A DNA stretch of 64,000 nt from an uncultured delta proteobacterium (lineage in GTDB: Bacteria > Myxococcota_A > Polyangia > Fen-1088), in NCBI GenBank assembly GCA_963767925.1, contig CAVYGB010000008.1, forward strand, positions 800,001-864,000, in the 5' to 3' direction. The number at the start of each line of letters is the position of its first letter. The stretch's first letter is position 1. Of this stretch, positions 12,269 to 27,728 are shown piece by piece. The translations under genes and the position numbers were made by a program. Under the pieces are notes generated by a model. It was given only the letters and a program-made list of their open reading frames with translations. It was not told where the DNA came from and ran no database searches.

Positions 12269-14230
12269 GCCGCCTGCGCAGCACCGGCATGCTCCGGGGT
12301 TGGCGATCGCGCGCCGAGACGGCCGCGCTGGCCGCCTTGACCGGCTGGCTCAGCCTGGCCGGGCCCTGCCTGCGGCCGGCCGCCGCCCAGCCGCCCGAGA
12401 TCGGAGGAGGCCAGCTCGACGAGGAGAACCTCGAATCTCGAGCGCATCGTCTCGGCGGTGGCGGAGCTGCTGTTCAACCTGGCCGACGGGGCCTCGGAGA
12501 AGGTGTTCGAGTTCCTCGAGACGGTCGAGCTATGGGACTTCGAGACCGAGATCGATCGGCTGGTGGGCGACCCGCGCGCGCTCAACGATTCGACCGCCTA
12601 CAAGCTGAGCTTGCTCCCCTTTCACATCCGCTTTCCCATCTACCAGCAGCTCGTGCGCCAGATGACCCGCCAGGATGACCTGCGCAACCGGCGGATCCAC
12701 ACCGTCACCCCGGACGCGGTCAACGTGATCGCCCTGCGGGTGGAGACCCTGGCCGACGACGACGTGGGCGACGAGGTGCGCACCTCGCTGCTGAAGCACT
12801 TCAACGCCCGGGAGGTTGTCGACCTGGGCTTTTACATCCTCGCCCAGCAGCGGTTCTTCCCCGAGACCGAGGAGGGCTGGACCCGCCTCAAGCGGAATAT
12901 CGCCGATGCCGGCCCGGTGGTGGCGGCCTCTGCGCTGGCGGCGGGCGCGGCCTTCGACGTGGGGGCCCTGCAGCGTTCGGGGACCATCACCCGCCTCTTC
13001 GACCGCCAGCTCCGCCTGGGCTGGTACGCCGGCATCCGCAAGCTGGGCTTTCGTTTTCGTCCCCAGCTCCGGGCCGGGCTCACCGCCCACCTGCCCCGCC
13101 TCGAGCTGGCCCTGGGGCTGGCCGAGAAGGTGCGTCCCACCGTGTTCGATCCCCGGCGGTCGGTGGAGCTGGCGGTGCGGGAGTCCTGGATCAACGTCTT
13201 CGTCCGCCAGCGGGGCTGGGATGCCTTCGCCGAGGGGGCCTTCCGCTACGTGCTGGCGATGCCGCTCGGCTTCGAGGGGGAACGCATGAGCGGGAGGGCC
13301 GGATTTTTCGCCCGTCGGGACGAGATCCCGGGCTGGAAGGAGTTCGGCCTGCGCTTTTCCGCCGAGGCGGAGTCGGACTTCCAGCGCGACGTCCGGTTCG
13401 CCATCGGCCTGGGCGTCGAGCACGGGCCGAGCGGCATCGTCACCATGTTGCAGTCCAGCCGCAGCGCCCACCCCGCCGACCCCCTGTCGCCCCGGGATAC
13501 CAGCGGCGGGATCTTCGTCGCCGGGACGGTGGAGTCCCCCACCCAGCTCTTCGTGCACAACATGCAGACCCAGGCCCGCCTGGTCTCCGACGAGTGGCAG
13601 GTGATCGACGGGCTGGACCGGCGGCGCAGCCAGATCGAGCAGAAGCTGCGCCTGTTCGGCACCGCCGGCTTCTCGGTCGACACCGCCCGCTCGGCCCTCC
13701 TGACCATCGACCAGACCATCCGCGAGCGCGACGCCCGCCTGGGGTCGATGGGCAACCGGCTGGCCGACTACCTCGAGACCCGGCGACAGGCCTACTCCAT
13801 CAAGCGCTGGGCGCGCCGGGAGGGGGACCTGCACGGCCCCCTCGACCCCGACATCTTGCTGATGGCCCGGGCCCAGCTCTTCTTGCGGCTGCACAACCTC
13901 TCGGTGGACCTCGAGAAGTCCGCCTCCCGCTTGAACGACCTGCGGGCTCGCCAGCAGGTGGTGCAGGAGCGGCTGGAGGTGGTCTCCACCTTCAACGCCA
14001 CCAGCCCCGCGGTGGCCGGTTACAACGAGGAGCTGGCGGTCCTGGAGCACCGCCTGCAGCGCGAGTCCTCCCGGGCCAGCGCCAGCCTGAACGCCTACCT
14101 GCGGGAGCGGGACAGCGCCCGGCGCATCAAGGCGGCCAGCCCGCGGGCGCTGGCCGCGCTCGACACCGATCCCCTCCCGCCCACCGTGCTCCGGCGGGTG
14201 ATGATCCTGCGCACCCTGACCATGAACTGA
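12265..14230 (+). CDS. Hypothetical exported protein (one frameshift near 12430-12440)
   Basis: Signal-like N-terminus ending AAA-Q in ORF 12265; long ORF 12458-14230; near-duplicated 7-mer AACCTCG/AATCTCG at the junction. Confidence 0.65.
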
Positions 14231-14237
14231 AGCGGGG

Positions 14238-15827
14238 TCAGGCCGAGCTGGAGGCGGGGTCCTTCCGGCGCTGGCTCTGGCTGCGCACGAGCGGCAGCTC
14301 GAGGGCGTCGGCGAGGGCCCGGCAGCTCGCGTCGATGATGTTGGGCGAGACCCCGATCGTGCTCCAGCGCTCGCCGTTGCAGGACGACTCGATCAGCACC
14401 CGGGTCTTGGCCCCGGTGGCGGCCTCCGGATCGAGGATGCGGACCTTGTAGTCGCAGAGCTGGACTTCCTGGAGCAGGGGGTAGTGGGCGTCGAGGGCCT
14501 TGTGGAAGGCCCGGTCGAGCGCGTGCACCGGGCCCGAGCCCTCCGCCACCGTGTGGACGGTCTCCTCGCCCACCCGCAGCTTGACGGTGGCCTCGACGAA
14601 CATGTCGGTGCCCCGCCGGCGCTCCGAGATGACGACCACGTCGAGGATCTCGAAGGGGGGCTGGTGATCGGGCTGGGCCCGGCGGGCCAGCAGCTCGAAC
14701 GAGCCCTCGGCGGCCTCGAACTGATAGCCCTCGTTCTCCAGCTCCTTGATCCGGCCGAGCACCTGCTTCTCCGCCCCCCGCACGTCGGTCCCCAGCTCGA
14801 CCGCCCGCATGCGGACGTTGCCCCGCCCGGACAGCTCCGAGACGACGACCTTGCGCTGGTTTCCGACCCGCTCGGGCGGGATGTGCTCGTAGGTCGAGGT
14901 GAGCTTCTCGACCGCCGCCACGTGGGCCCCGCCCTTGTGGGCGAAGGCCGAGGCGCCCACGTAGGGGGCGTGGGCCCGGGGGCGGATGTTGGCGATCTCG
15001 CTGACCGTGCGCGACAGCTCGGTCAGGCGGGTCAGGTTCTCGTCGGGCACGCAGCGCCGCTCCATCTTGATCTGCAGGGCCGGGATGATCGAGATGAGGT
15101 TGGCGTTCCCGCAGCGCTCGCCCCAGCCGTTCATCGTCCCTTGCACCTGGGTGCAGCCGGCCTCGACCGCGGCGAGGGCGTTGGCCACCGCCAGGTCGGC
15201 GTCGTTGTGGGTGTGGATGCCCAGCCGGGTGGGGACCGTCGCCCGGACCACCCCGATGACGTCGGTGATGAAGCCGGGCAAGCTGCCGCCGTTGGTGTCG
15301 CAGAGGACGATCCACTCGGCGCCAGCCTCGGCCGCCGCCTTCAGGGTGGCGAGGGCGTACTCCTGGTCCGCCCGGTAGCCGTCGAAGAAGTGCTCGGCGT
15401 CGTAGATCACTTCCTTCCCCTGGCTGCGCAGGAAGGCGACGCTGTCCCGGACCATGGCCAGGTTCTCGTCGAGGGTCGTGCCCAGCACGTGGACCACGTG
15501 CAGGGGCCAGGACTTGCCGTAGATGCAGACCGTGGGGGTCCCCGCCTCGACCAGGGCCCGCAGGTTCAGGTCGTTCTCGGCGGCGACGCCCGCCTTGCGG
15601 GTGCTCCCGAAGGCGGTGAGGCGGGCCTGCTTGAGCCGCAGCTCCGTGCGGGCGCGGCGGAAGAACTCGATGTCCTTGGGGTTCGAGCCGGGGTAGCCAC
15701 CTTCGATGTATTGAATGCCGAACCCGTCGAGCAGCCGCGCGATCTTGAGCTTGTCCTCGACCGAGAGCGAAAGCCCTTCGCTCTGGGTCCCGTCTCGCAG
15801 GGTCGTGTCGAACAGGTGGATTTGCAT
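14238..15827 (-). CDS. cimA: Citramalate synthase
   Basis: DTTLRDGTQSEG, YIEGGYPGSNPKD, YDAEHFFDGY, HTHND, SAFAHKGG, YQFEAAEGSFEL. Confidence 0.9.
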   Translation of the reverse strand: MQIHLFDTTLRDGTQSEGLSLSVEDKLKIARLLDGFGIQYIEGGYPGSNPKDIEFFRRARTELRLKQARLTAFGSTRKAGVAAENDLNLRALVEAGTPTVCIYGKSWPLHVVHVLGTTLDENLAMVRDSVAFLRSQGKEVIYDAEHFFDGYRADQEYALATLKAAAEAGAEWIVLCDTNGGSLPGFITDVIGVVRATVPTRLGIHTHNDADLAVANALAAVEAGCTQVQGTMNGWGERCGNANLISIIPALQIKMERRCVPDENLTRLTELSRTVSEIANIRPRAHAPYVGASAFAHKGGAHVAAVEKLTSTYEHIPPERVGNQRKVVVSELSGRGNVRMRAVELGTDVRGAEKQVLGRIKELENEGYQFEAAEGSFELLARRAQPDHQPPFEILDVVVISERRRGTDMFVEATVKLRVGEETVHTVAEGSGPVHALDRAFHKALDAHYPLLQEVQLCDYKVRILDPEAATGAKTRVLIESSCNGERWSTIGVSPNIIDASCRALADALELPLVRSQSQRRKDPASSSA

Positions 15828-15874
15828 GGCGCTCCCCGAGCCTTTCAGGCGTGAATCTCGGACAGTACCATACG

Positions 15875-19829
<3,955 letters not shown>

Positions 19830-19847
19830 AGCTGGTAGCTGACCGAC

Positions 19848-20559
19848 ATGGCTGAGCCGCACCTGTCCGTCGTCATCCCGGTCTACAACGAGGAGGGCAT
19901 CCTGCGCGGCTCGGTGCTGGAGCTGCGGGAGAAGCTGCGGGCCTTCAACTGCACCTACGAGATCCTGCTCTGTGAGAACGGCTCGCGCGATCGGACGGTC
20001 GAGATCGGCAAGGAGATCGAGGCCGAACACCCCGAGGTCCGCCTGATCTCGGTGGGCCAGCCCAACTACGGCCTGGCCATGAAGACGGGCATCCTGGCCG
20101 CCCGGGGGACCTTCGTCATCTGCGACGAGATCGACCTGTGCGACACCGAGTTCTACGCCCGGGCCCTGGCCCTGCTCGAGCGGACCGACACCGACCTGGT
20201 GGTGGGGTCCAAGTGCATGGTTGGCTCGAACGATCAGCGCCCGCTGGTGCGCCGGCTGGGCACCCGGGTCTACAACCAGCTCCTGCGCACGGCCTGCGGC
20301 TACAAGGGGACCGACACCCACGGGCTCAAGGCCTTCAAGCGCGACGGCCCTGGTGGAGACCGCCCAGCGCTGCGTGCTCGACCGGGACGTCTTCGCCAGC
20401 GAGTTCGTCATCCGGGCCCACCGGGAGAAGAAGAAGGTGGTCGAGATCCCCTTCGCCGTGCGGGAGAAGCGCCCCCCCTCGATCAACCTGCTCAAGCGCG
20501 TCCCCCACGTGCTCAAGAGCGTGGCCCGCCTGGCCGTCTCCGTTCGCGACGGCGGTTAG
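19848..20559 (+). CDS. Glycosyltransferase family 2 (DPM1-like; one indel near 20345)
   Basis: [27 protein letters not shown]-terminus continues in the frame of ORF 20221-20559. Confidence 0.85.
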
Positions 20560-20623
20560 TCGGGCCCGAGCGAGGCGAGGGAACCCGACTACTTCGAGAA
20601 CAGTCCCTAGCCTCCGGGACGGC

Positions 20624-21883
<1,260 letters not shown>

Positions 21884-21967
21884 TGCCCACACTGTACGTC
21901 AGGGCGCCGATCCGTCACCCCAATCATTCAGTGTGGGTTTTGAGTATGTAATAATACACAACTTAGA

Positions 21968-23113
21968 ATGATGGGTTGGCGGGGGATGGTAGGGGTCTTG
22001 CTCGTTGTGGCAGGCTGCTCGGTGGACGGCTCGGGGATCGGCCGGCTCGGCGACGGTGGCGGCGGTGACGCCAGCGTCGGGAGCGACGGAGCGGGACAGG
22101 ATGGCCCGGCCCCCGATCGGCGGGTCGATATGGCCGAGGCGGGGGCGGATCCCGACGGGCCGGCGCTGCCCTTCGAGGATGGGTGGCCCTGCACCGGATC
22201 GGAGGGGTGCTCGAGCGGCCACTGCGTGGACAACGTCTGCTGCGAGTCTCCCTGCAACGGCCCCTGCCTGGCCTGCGCGCGCAACCGGAGCAACCGCCCC
22301 GACGGCGAGTGCCACCCCATTCCGACTGGCCTCGACCCCGACCAGGAGTGCAGCGTCGAGCAGAATGGCTGTGGGCGGACGGGTGTCTGCAACGGCGGCG
22401 GGGCCTGCGCCCTGGGCGCCGCCGGGCTGGCCTGTGGCAGCGCCTCGTGCAGCGGCAACCGGGTGACGCCCCCTCCCCGCTGCGACGGCGCCGGGGTCTG
22501 CTCGCCCCAGCCCGCCGAGCCCTGCGCGGGCAACCTCCGCTGTGCCAACGGTTCGGCGTGCAAGGGGACCTGCGCCGAGAGCGACGACTGTGTCACCGGC
22601 AGCACCTGCGACACCGGGAACGGGCAGTGCAGCGCTCCCAAACCCCTCGGCACCACCTGCGATCCGGCCGACCAGGGCGACGACTGCGCCTCGGGTCACT
22701 GCGTGGACGGCGTCTGCTGCGATACCGCGTGCGAGGGGGACTGCCTGGCCTGCGCGAGCGCGAACACCGGCGCGCCCAGCGGCACCTGCGCCCCCGTGTC
22801 GGCGGGCAGGGACCCCGACGACGACTGCCAGGACGACGGCCCCTCGAGCTGCAACGACGACGGGACCTGCGACGGCGCGGGGGAGTGTCGCAAGTACCCC
22901 GACGGCACCACCTGTGGCTCGCAGTGTTGCCGGGGTGGCGGGAACCGGCTGTGCGAGTTTGCCTGCCGGCTGGGGAGCTGCGACGACAACACGCCCATCA
23001 TGCGGCAGCAGTGTGGGTCCGAGGTGACGAGCTGCTGCTGCCCGCGGCCCCTGGGCGGCGGCGAGCCGGCCTGCCGCCTGCGCATCGAGTGCCTCCAGTG
23101 TGAGGACGACTAG
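21968..23113 (+). CDS. Cys-rich repeat lipoprotein
   Basis: Lipobox VAGC; two copies of C(S/A)SGHCVDxVCC..C.G.CLAC; about 50 Cys. Confidence 0.8.
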   Translation: MMGWRGMVGVLLVVAGCSVDGSGIGRLGDGGGGDASVGSDGAGQDGPAPDRRVDMAEAGADPDGPALPFEDGWPCTGSEGCSSGHCVDNVCCESPCNGPCLACARNRSNRPDGECHPIPTGLDPDQECSVEQNGCGRTGVCNGGGACALGAAGLACGSASCSGNRVTPPPRCDGAGVCSPQPAEPCAGNLRCANGSACKGTCAESDDCVTGSTCDTGNGQCSAPKPLGTTCDPADQGDDCASGHCVDGVCCDTACEGDCLACASANTGAPSGTCAPVSAGRDPDDDCQDDGPSSCNDDGTCDGAGECRKYPDGTTCGSQCCRGGGNRLCEFACRLGSCDDNTPIMRQQCGSEVTSCCCPRPLGGGEPACRLRIECLQCEDD

Positions 23114-23116
23114 CCT

Positions 23117-23698
23117 TCAGAACACCAGGCGGATGCCGATCACCGGCCGCTGCAGCAGGCAGCTGCTCAGGTCGCCGCAGAAGCTGCCGGGCGCGAGGCG
23201 GAGCACCTCGTAGCCCAGCTCGAGGCCGACGTTGCGCGAGGCGAAGATCAACACCCCGGCGTCGCCGCCGTAGGCCCAGCCATCGACGTGGTTGGAGAGG
23301 AAGACCCGCCCGGCCCGGGCGGTGAGGACCAGCGCCACCGACGAGACCCGGAAGGGCACGATCCGCAACGAGGGGAAGGTGAACCCCTGGGTGAAGCCAT
23401 CGGCCCGGGTGATCGACGCCTCCAGCCCGGGGGCCAGGCCGTCGACGACGAAGTGCCGGAACCCCCCGCCCAGGGCCATCACCCCCGAGGAGAACCCCAG
23501 CAACACGCTCACCTCCGAGCTGCCCGCCCGGCCGTAGCGCAGCTCCTCGCCCTCCACCACCTGGGCGGCCGCGGTCCGGCTCAGCAGCAGGAGGGCCAGC
23601 CCGAGCGCCAGGCGGGCCCCCGGCCAGCCGCCCGCCGTGCCCGGGCCACGCCCGGTGGGCGGCCGTTCGCGTCTCGTCGATGGGGTAGGCATGGCCAC
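23117..23698 (-). CDS. Hypothetical exported protein, probable small outer-membrane beta-barrel
   Basis: Signal ending AAA-Q; alternating amphipathic strands; C-terminal GIRLVF. Confidence 0.6.
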   Translation of the reverse strand: MAMPTPSTRRERPPTGRGPGTAGGWPGARLALGLALLLLSRTAAAQVVEGEELRYGRAGSSEVSVLLGFSSGVMALGGGFRHFVVDGLAPGLEASITRADGFTQGFTFPSLRIVPFRVSSVALVLTARAGRVFLSNHVDGWAYGGDAGVLIFASRNVGLELGYEVLRLAPGSFCGDLSSCLLQRPVIGIRLVF

Positions 23699-26485
23699 CT
23701 AGCGCATCGGCCGCCGGCTCTCCTGGAAGACGACCTCGAGCTTCTGATCACGCCCCTCGCGAACGACGACCGCGGTGGCGGTCTCCCCGGGCTTGAAGGC
23801 CTGCAGGGCGTAGACCATGTCCTCCACGCTGCGGATCTCGTGGGCGCCCAGCCGCACCAGCACGTCCCCCCGGCGCATGCCTGCCTTCTCGGCGGCGCCG
23901 CCCGGGCGCACCCCTCCGATGAGGACCCCGGGTCGCCCTCCCGGAGGACCGCCGTAGTCGGGCACCGTCCCCAGCGAGGCGTTGAAGCTGCGGGCATCCC
24001 CCGGTCCGGGGGGCGCTCCGCCCTTGCCCTTCTGGTAGGTGAGGTGCACACCGGCGTCCACGGCGGCCACGATCCGGTCGGTCAGGAGGGCCACCTTGGC
24101 GGCGCCGGCGGCGTTGATCCGCTCGGCCCGATCGGTCGGCTTGTGGTAGTCGGGGTGGCCGCCGGTGAAGAAGTGAAGGACCGGCAGACCGACCGTGTAG
24201 AAGGAGGCCTGGTCGCTGGGCCCCTGCCCGCCGCCGGTGGGGTTGCACAGCAGGCGCAGATCGCCGCAGGCGGCCCGCACGATCGACTCCCACTCGGTGG
24301 CGCTGTCGCTCCCCAGGACGTCGAGCCGGTTTTCCCGGAGCCGGCCCACCATATCGAGGTTGATCATCGCCACCGCTCGCTTCAGCCCGTCGGCCTGGGC
24401 GCGGGTGTAGTGGGCCGAGCCCAGGAGGCCCGACTCCTCCCCGGTGAAGAAGGCGAAGACCAGGTCGTGGCTGAGGTTGGCCTTGCGGGCGGCGAAGGCC
24501 CGGGCCACCTCCAGCACGGCCGCGGTCCCGGAGGCGTTGTCGTCGGCGCCCAGGTGGGGCTCGTGCCGGTCGGGGGCCAGCGAGAACCGGCCACCCAGAC
24601 CCAGGTGGTCGTAGTGGGCGCCGATCACAACCGTGCCCTTGGCGGGGGTGCGGCCGGCCGGGAGGCGGCCGACGACGTTGAAGGCGACGCTCTCCTCCAT
24701 GCGGAGGGCGACCTCCAGGCTGGCGCTGGGCGTCTTGCGGGCCAGCAACTGGGGCATGACCGCCTCCAGGGTGGCGCGCTTGACCATGACCACCGGGATG
24801 CCGGAGTCCCCGGGGCCGGTGGGGGTGGGCCGCAGCAGGGGGGCCTCCCCGCCGGGCTTCCAGTCGGGCGGCGCGGCCGCCGGCGGCAGCGGCCAGTCCA
24901 CGACGATCATGCCGACGGCGCCCCGCTCCCGGGCCAGCCAGGCCTTGCGGCGGAGGTCACCCAGACGCCGGGACACCGTGGCGTCCTTGGTCTGGTCGTT
25001 CTCCGGCGCGAACCGGCGGACGACGACGATCTTCCCCTTCACGTCGAGCCGGGCGTAGTCGTCGATCCGTTGCTCGGGCGCGACGATGCCGTAGCCGGCC
25101 AGGACCAGAGGGCCCGAGGCCTTGCCCTCGGCGGAGAAGCCGAGCGGGGCGAAGTCGGCCTTGTCCAAGCTCGCCGGGCCCACCGCCACCGTCGAGGTCG
25201 GCTCGACCTCGATGCCGGTCACCACCGGGAACTTCTGCTGGAAGCTGCCCTGGTCGCCGGCCGGCTCCAGCCCCAGCTCGCGCAGCCGAGCCTCCAGGTA
25301 GCTGCCGGCCTGCTCGAGCCCCTTGGTCCCGATCCCGCGTCCTTCCCGGGCCGGGTCGGCCAGCCAGTGGATGTCGCGGCGGATGCGGTCGGTCGGCCGC
25401 TCGGCGACCTCGTCGAGCGCCGGCATCCCCTTCCAGCGCGCCAGGAACACGTTCGTGTCACGGGCGCCGGCGGGGGTGGCCCGGTTGGACGAGAAGAGCA
25501 GCCACTTGCCGTCGGGCGAGAAGTGGGGAAAGCCGTCGAAGCCCGGGCTGTGGGTGACCCGGCGCAGGCCGCTGCCGTCGGAGCGCATGGCCCACAGGTC
25601 GAACTCCCGGCCACGGGGATCGCCGACGTTGGAGGAGAAGATGATGACGTCTTCGGTGGGGTGGAAGAAGGGGGCGAAGGAGGCGGCGTCGAGGTCGGTC
25701 ACCTGCATGGCCTCGGTGCCGTCGCCGTTGGCCACCCAGATCTCCAGCTTCGAGGGCCGCACCAGGCCCTTCGCCAGCAGGCCCTGGAAGTCCTCCAGCT
25801 CCTTGCCCGGGCTGGGGCGGCTGGCCCGCCAGACGATGCGCGAGCAATCCTTGTTGAAGAAGGCGCCCCCGTCGTAGCCGGGCGCGTTAGTCAGCCGGCG
25901 GACGTTGCTCCCGTCGCTGTTCATCCGGTAAAGCTCGATGTCGTTGTCGCGCGTCGAGGTGAAGATGATGGAGCCGTCCTTGGCGCAGACGGTGGCCTCG
26001 GCGTCGTAGCCCTTCTCCGAGGTCAGGCGGGTGACCCCCGAGCCGTCGGGCGCCGACTTGAAGATGTCGTAGGTGTCGTAGAGCGCCCAGACGTAGCCCT
26101 GGCTCATGTCGGGGCGGGGCGGGCAGGTGGCGTCGCCCAGGTGGGTGGAGGCGTAGACGACGTCGCCGCCGGGGAGAAAATGCGCGCAGGTTGTGGCCCC
26201 CTGGCCGGACGACACGGCGGCGGGCGCGCCCGGCTTTGGCAGCACGGTCATCCGGTAGATGCGGTCGCAGCCCTCGTTGACCTGGCGCGACTGGAACGAG
26301 ACCTGGGTGCCGTCGAAGGACCAGTAGGCCTCCGCGTTTTCGCCCCCGAAGGTGAGCTGCTGCAGCTCCTCCAGGAAGGGGCCCTCGTCGGGCAACAGGC
26401 GCGCGGTAGGCAGCCGGCTGCCGGCGCAGCCCAGAGAAACCAGCAAGAAACCCAGCGGTAGGGCCAGACGCGATGCGAACGACAT
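23699..26485 (-). CDS. Lipoprotein with PD40/TolB propeller, PA, M28 peptidase and PDZ domains
   Basis: LGC lipobox, GENAEAYWS, FSPDGKWLLFSSNR, GAHYDHLG, GADDNASG, GEESGLLGS, YHKPTD, PDZ GGAAEKAG. Confidence 0.9.
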   Translation of the reverse strand: MSFASRLALPLGFLLVSLGCAGSRLPTARLLPDEGPFLEELQQLTFGGENAEAYWSFDGTQVSFQSRQVNEGCDRIYRMTVLPKPGAPAAVSSGQGATTCAHFLPGGDVVYASTHLGDATCPPRPDMSQGYVWALYDTYDIFKSAPDGSGVTRLTSEKGYDAEATVCAKDGSIIFTSTRDNDIELYRMNSDGSNVRRLTNAPGYDGGAFFNKDCSRIVWRASRPSPGKELEDFQGLLAKGLVRPSKLEIWVANGDGTEAMQVTDLDAASFAPFFHPTEDVIIFSSNVGDPRGREFDLWAMRSDGSGLRRVTHSPGFDGFPHFSPDGKWLLFSSNRATPAGARDTNVFLARWKGMPALDEVAERPTDRIRRDIHWLADPAREGRGIGTKGLEQAGSYLEARLRELGLEPAGDQGSFQQKFPVVTGIEVEPTSTVAVGPASLDKADFAPLGFSAEGKASGPLVLAGYGIVAPEQRIDDYARLDVKGKIVVVRRFAPENDQTKDATVSRRLGDLRRKAWLARERGAVGMIVVDWPLPPAAAPPDWKPGGEAPLLRPTPTGPGDSGIPVVMVKRATLEAVMPQLLARKTPSASLEVALRMEESVAFNVVGRLPAGRTPAKGTVVIGAHYDHLGLGGRFSLAPDRHEPHLGADDNASGTAAVLEVARAFAARKANLSHDLVFAFFTGEESGLLGSAHYTRAQADGLKRAVAMINLDMVGRLRENRLDVLGSDSATEWESIVRAACGDLRLLCNPTGGGQGPSDQASFYTVGLPVLHFFTGGHPDYHKPTDRAERINAAGAAKVALLTDRIVAAVDAGVHLTYQKGKGGAPPGPGDARSFNASLGTVPDYGGPPGGRPGVLIGGVRPGGAAEKAGMRRGDVLVRLGAHEIRSVEDMVYALQAFKPGETATAVVVREGRDQKLEVVFQESRRPMR

Positions 26486-26563
26486 GGCCCCGAATCTAGC
26501 GTAAGTCGCGTCGAACGGAGGCGAGGTTTGCTCGCCCGCGACCGTCGACCTGCCCGGGGGCGA

Positions 26564-26779
26564 TCAGCCTCCGAGGAGCTGCAACATACCGGCGCCGACC
26601 ACGACGAACCCCAGCGCCCGCGCCAGCATGCGGGTGCGCCGCCGTTGCTGGTCCTGGGCCGCCATCTTCACCATCAGCCCTTCGAATAGCTCCTGCGAGC
26701 GGACCGGATCGATGGGCCGCTCGGCCCGCTCCATGACCGCCAACAGCCTCCGAACCTGGAATGCCTCACTCTGACTCAT
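26564..26779 (-). CDS. Small hypothetical protein with C-terminal TM helix
   Basis: 71-aa ATG-start ORF, GC3-rich codons, hydrophobic tail. Confidence 0.55.
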   Translation of the reverse strand: MSQSEAFQVRRLLAVMERAERPIDPVRSQELFEGLMVKMAAQDQQRRRTRMLARALGFVVVGAGMLQLLGG

Positions 26780-26894
26780 GGTCTACCCGCCCCGTCCCTG
26801 AGAAAATCTACGCTGTCAAGCTTAGCACCGCCCTGCCGGAGCGGCCGCCAGCCCGAGGCGATCAGGGGGCCCCAGGGAGGGAGAGGGGGACCGG

Positions 26895-27605
26895 TCAGAT
26901 GAACGAAAACGGGCTGCGGGTCGAGGACGGGCCGACCTGCTTGGTGAGCCAGAGCTCGACCTCGCGGGCGACCTGGCCGCGCGGGGGGTTCCGCTTCGGG
27001 TCGCGCAGGTCGGCCAGGTGCTCGCGCACGTGGGCCACGTCCTGCGGCTGCATCTCGAGGTAGGCCAGGTAGTCCCACTGTGAGGCGGGCAACGATCCGG
27101 CTCGATACAGCCGGCGCATCACCTTACCCATGATCCTGGACTGCTTGGCCAGGTGAGCGCCGTTCCATCCCAGGTAAGTCTGGCCGCGGCTCTCGCTCGG
27201 CAAGGTCCAGAACGACGGGGTATGGGAGAACAGCAGGACCAGGGCGACCCGCCAGGGGCTCTCCGCCCAGGCGTTCATCAGCCCGCTTGTTTCGTCCTCG
27301 CAACTGGAGTGTTTCAGATCGACGGCGCCCTGGATGGCGGAGGGGACGACCGAAGGGGGTCGAACGCTCTCGTGCTCGCGCCGGCCAACCAGGGTGCCGG
27401 TGGCCAGCGTGGCGGTGGGGCCCAGGATGGTGCGCACCGCTTCGAGCCGGTACACGTCCCAGGGGGTGTCGTCGCCACCCGGCGGAGGCTCGTGGGTGGC
27501 GGGCAAACCGAAGGAGAACGTCACCCACCGACGGGACGTCTGCCCCGAGGCCGGATGGCTGCGTTCGTGCGGTCTTGTATCCTCCACTCCTACAATCGAT
27601 GCCAC
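26895..27605 (-). CDS. Divergent chlorite dismutase-like heme protein (start uncertain)
   Basis: FWTLPSESR..HLAKQ..VMRRLY..WDYLAYLEM..REVELWL follows the short lineage-2 Cld pattern. Confidence 0.6.
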   Translation of the reverse strand: MASIVGVEDTRPHERSHPASGQTSRRWVTFSFGLPATHEPPPGGDDTPWDVYRLEAVRTILGPTATLATGTLVGRREHESVRPPSVVPSAIQGAVDLKHSSCEDETSGLMNAWAESPWRVALVLLFSHTPSFWTLPSESRGQTYLGWNGAHLAKQSRIMGKVMRRLYRAGSLPASQWDYLAYLEMQPQDVAHVREHLADLRDPKRNPPRGQVAREVELWLTKQVGPSSTRSPFSFI

Positions 27606-27728
27606 GCCAGCATTTTAGCGGCATTCGGTTTCTGGTCGAGAGGGATAACCGTAAATACTTCGTTAAGCACACGATCCCTCGTCGCAACATTCGCGCCCGG
27701 TGTGCGCCGGCCAGGTGTTCACCCTGAT

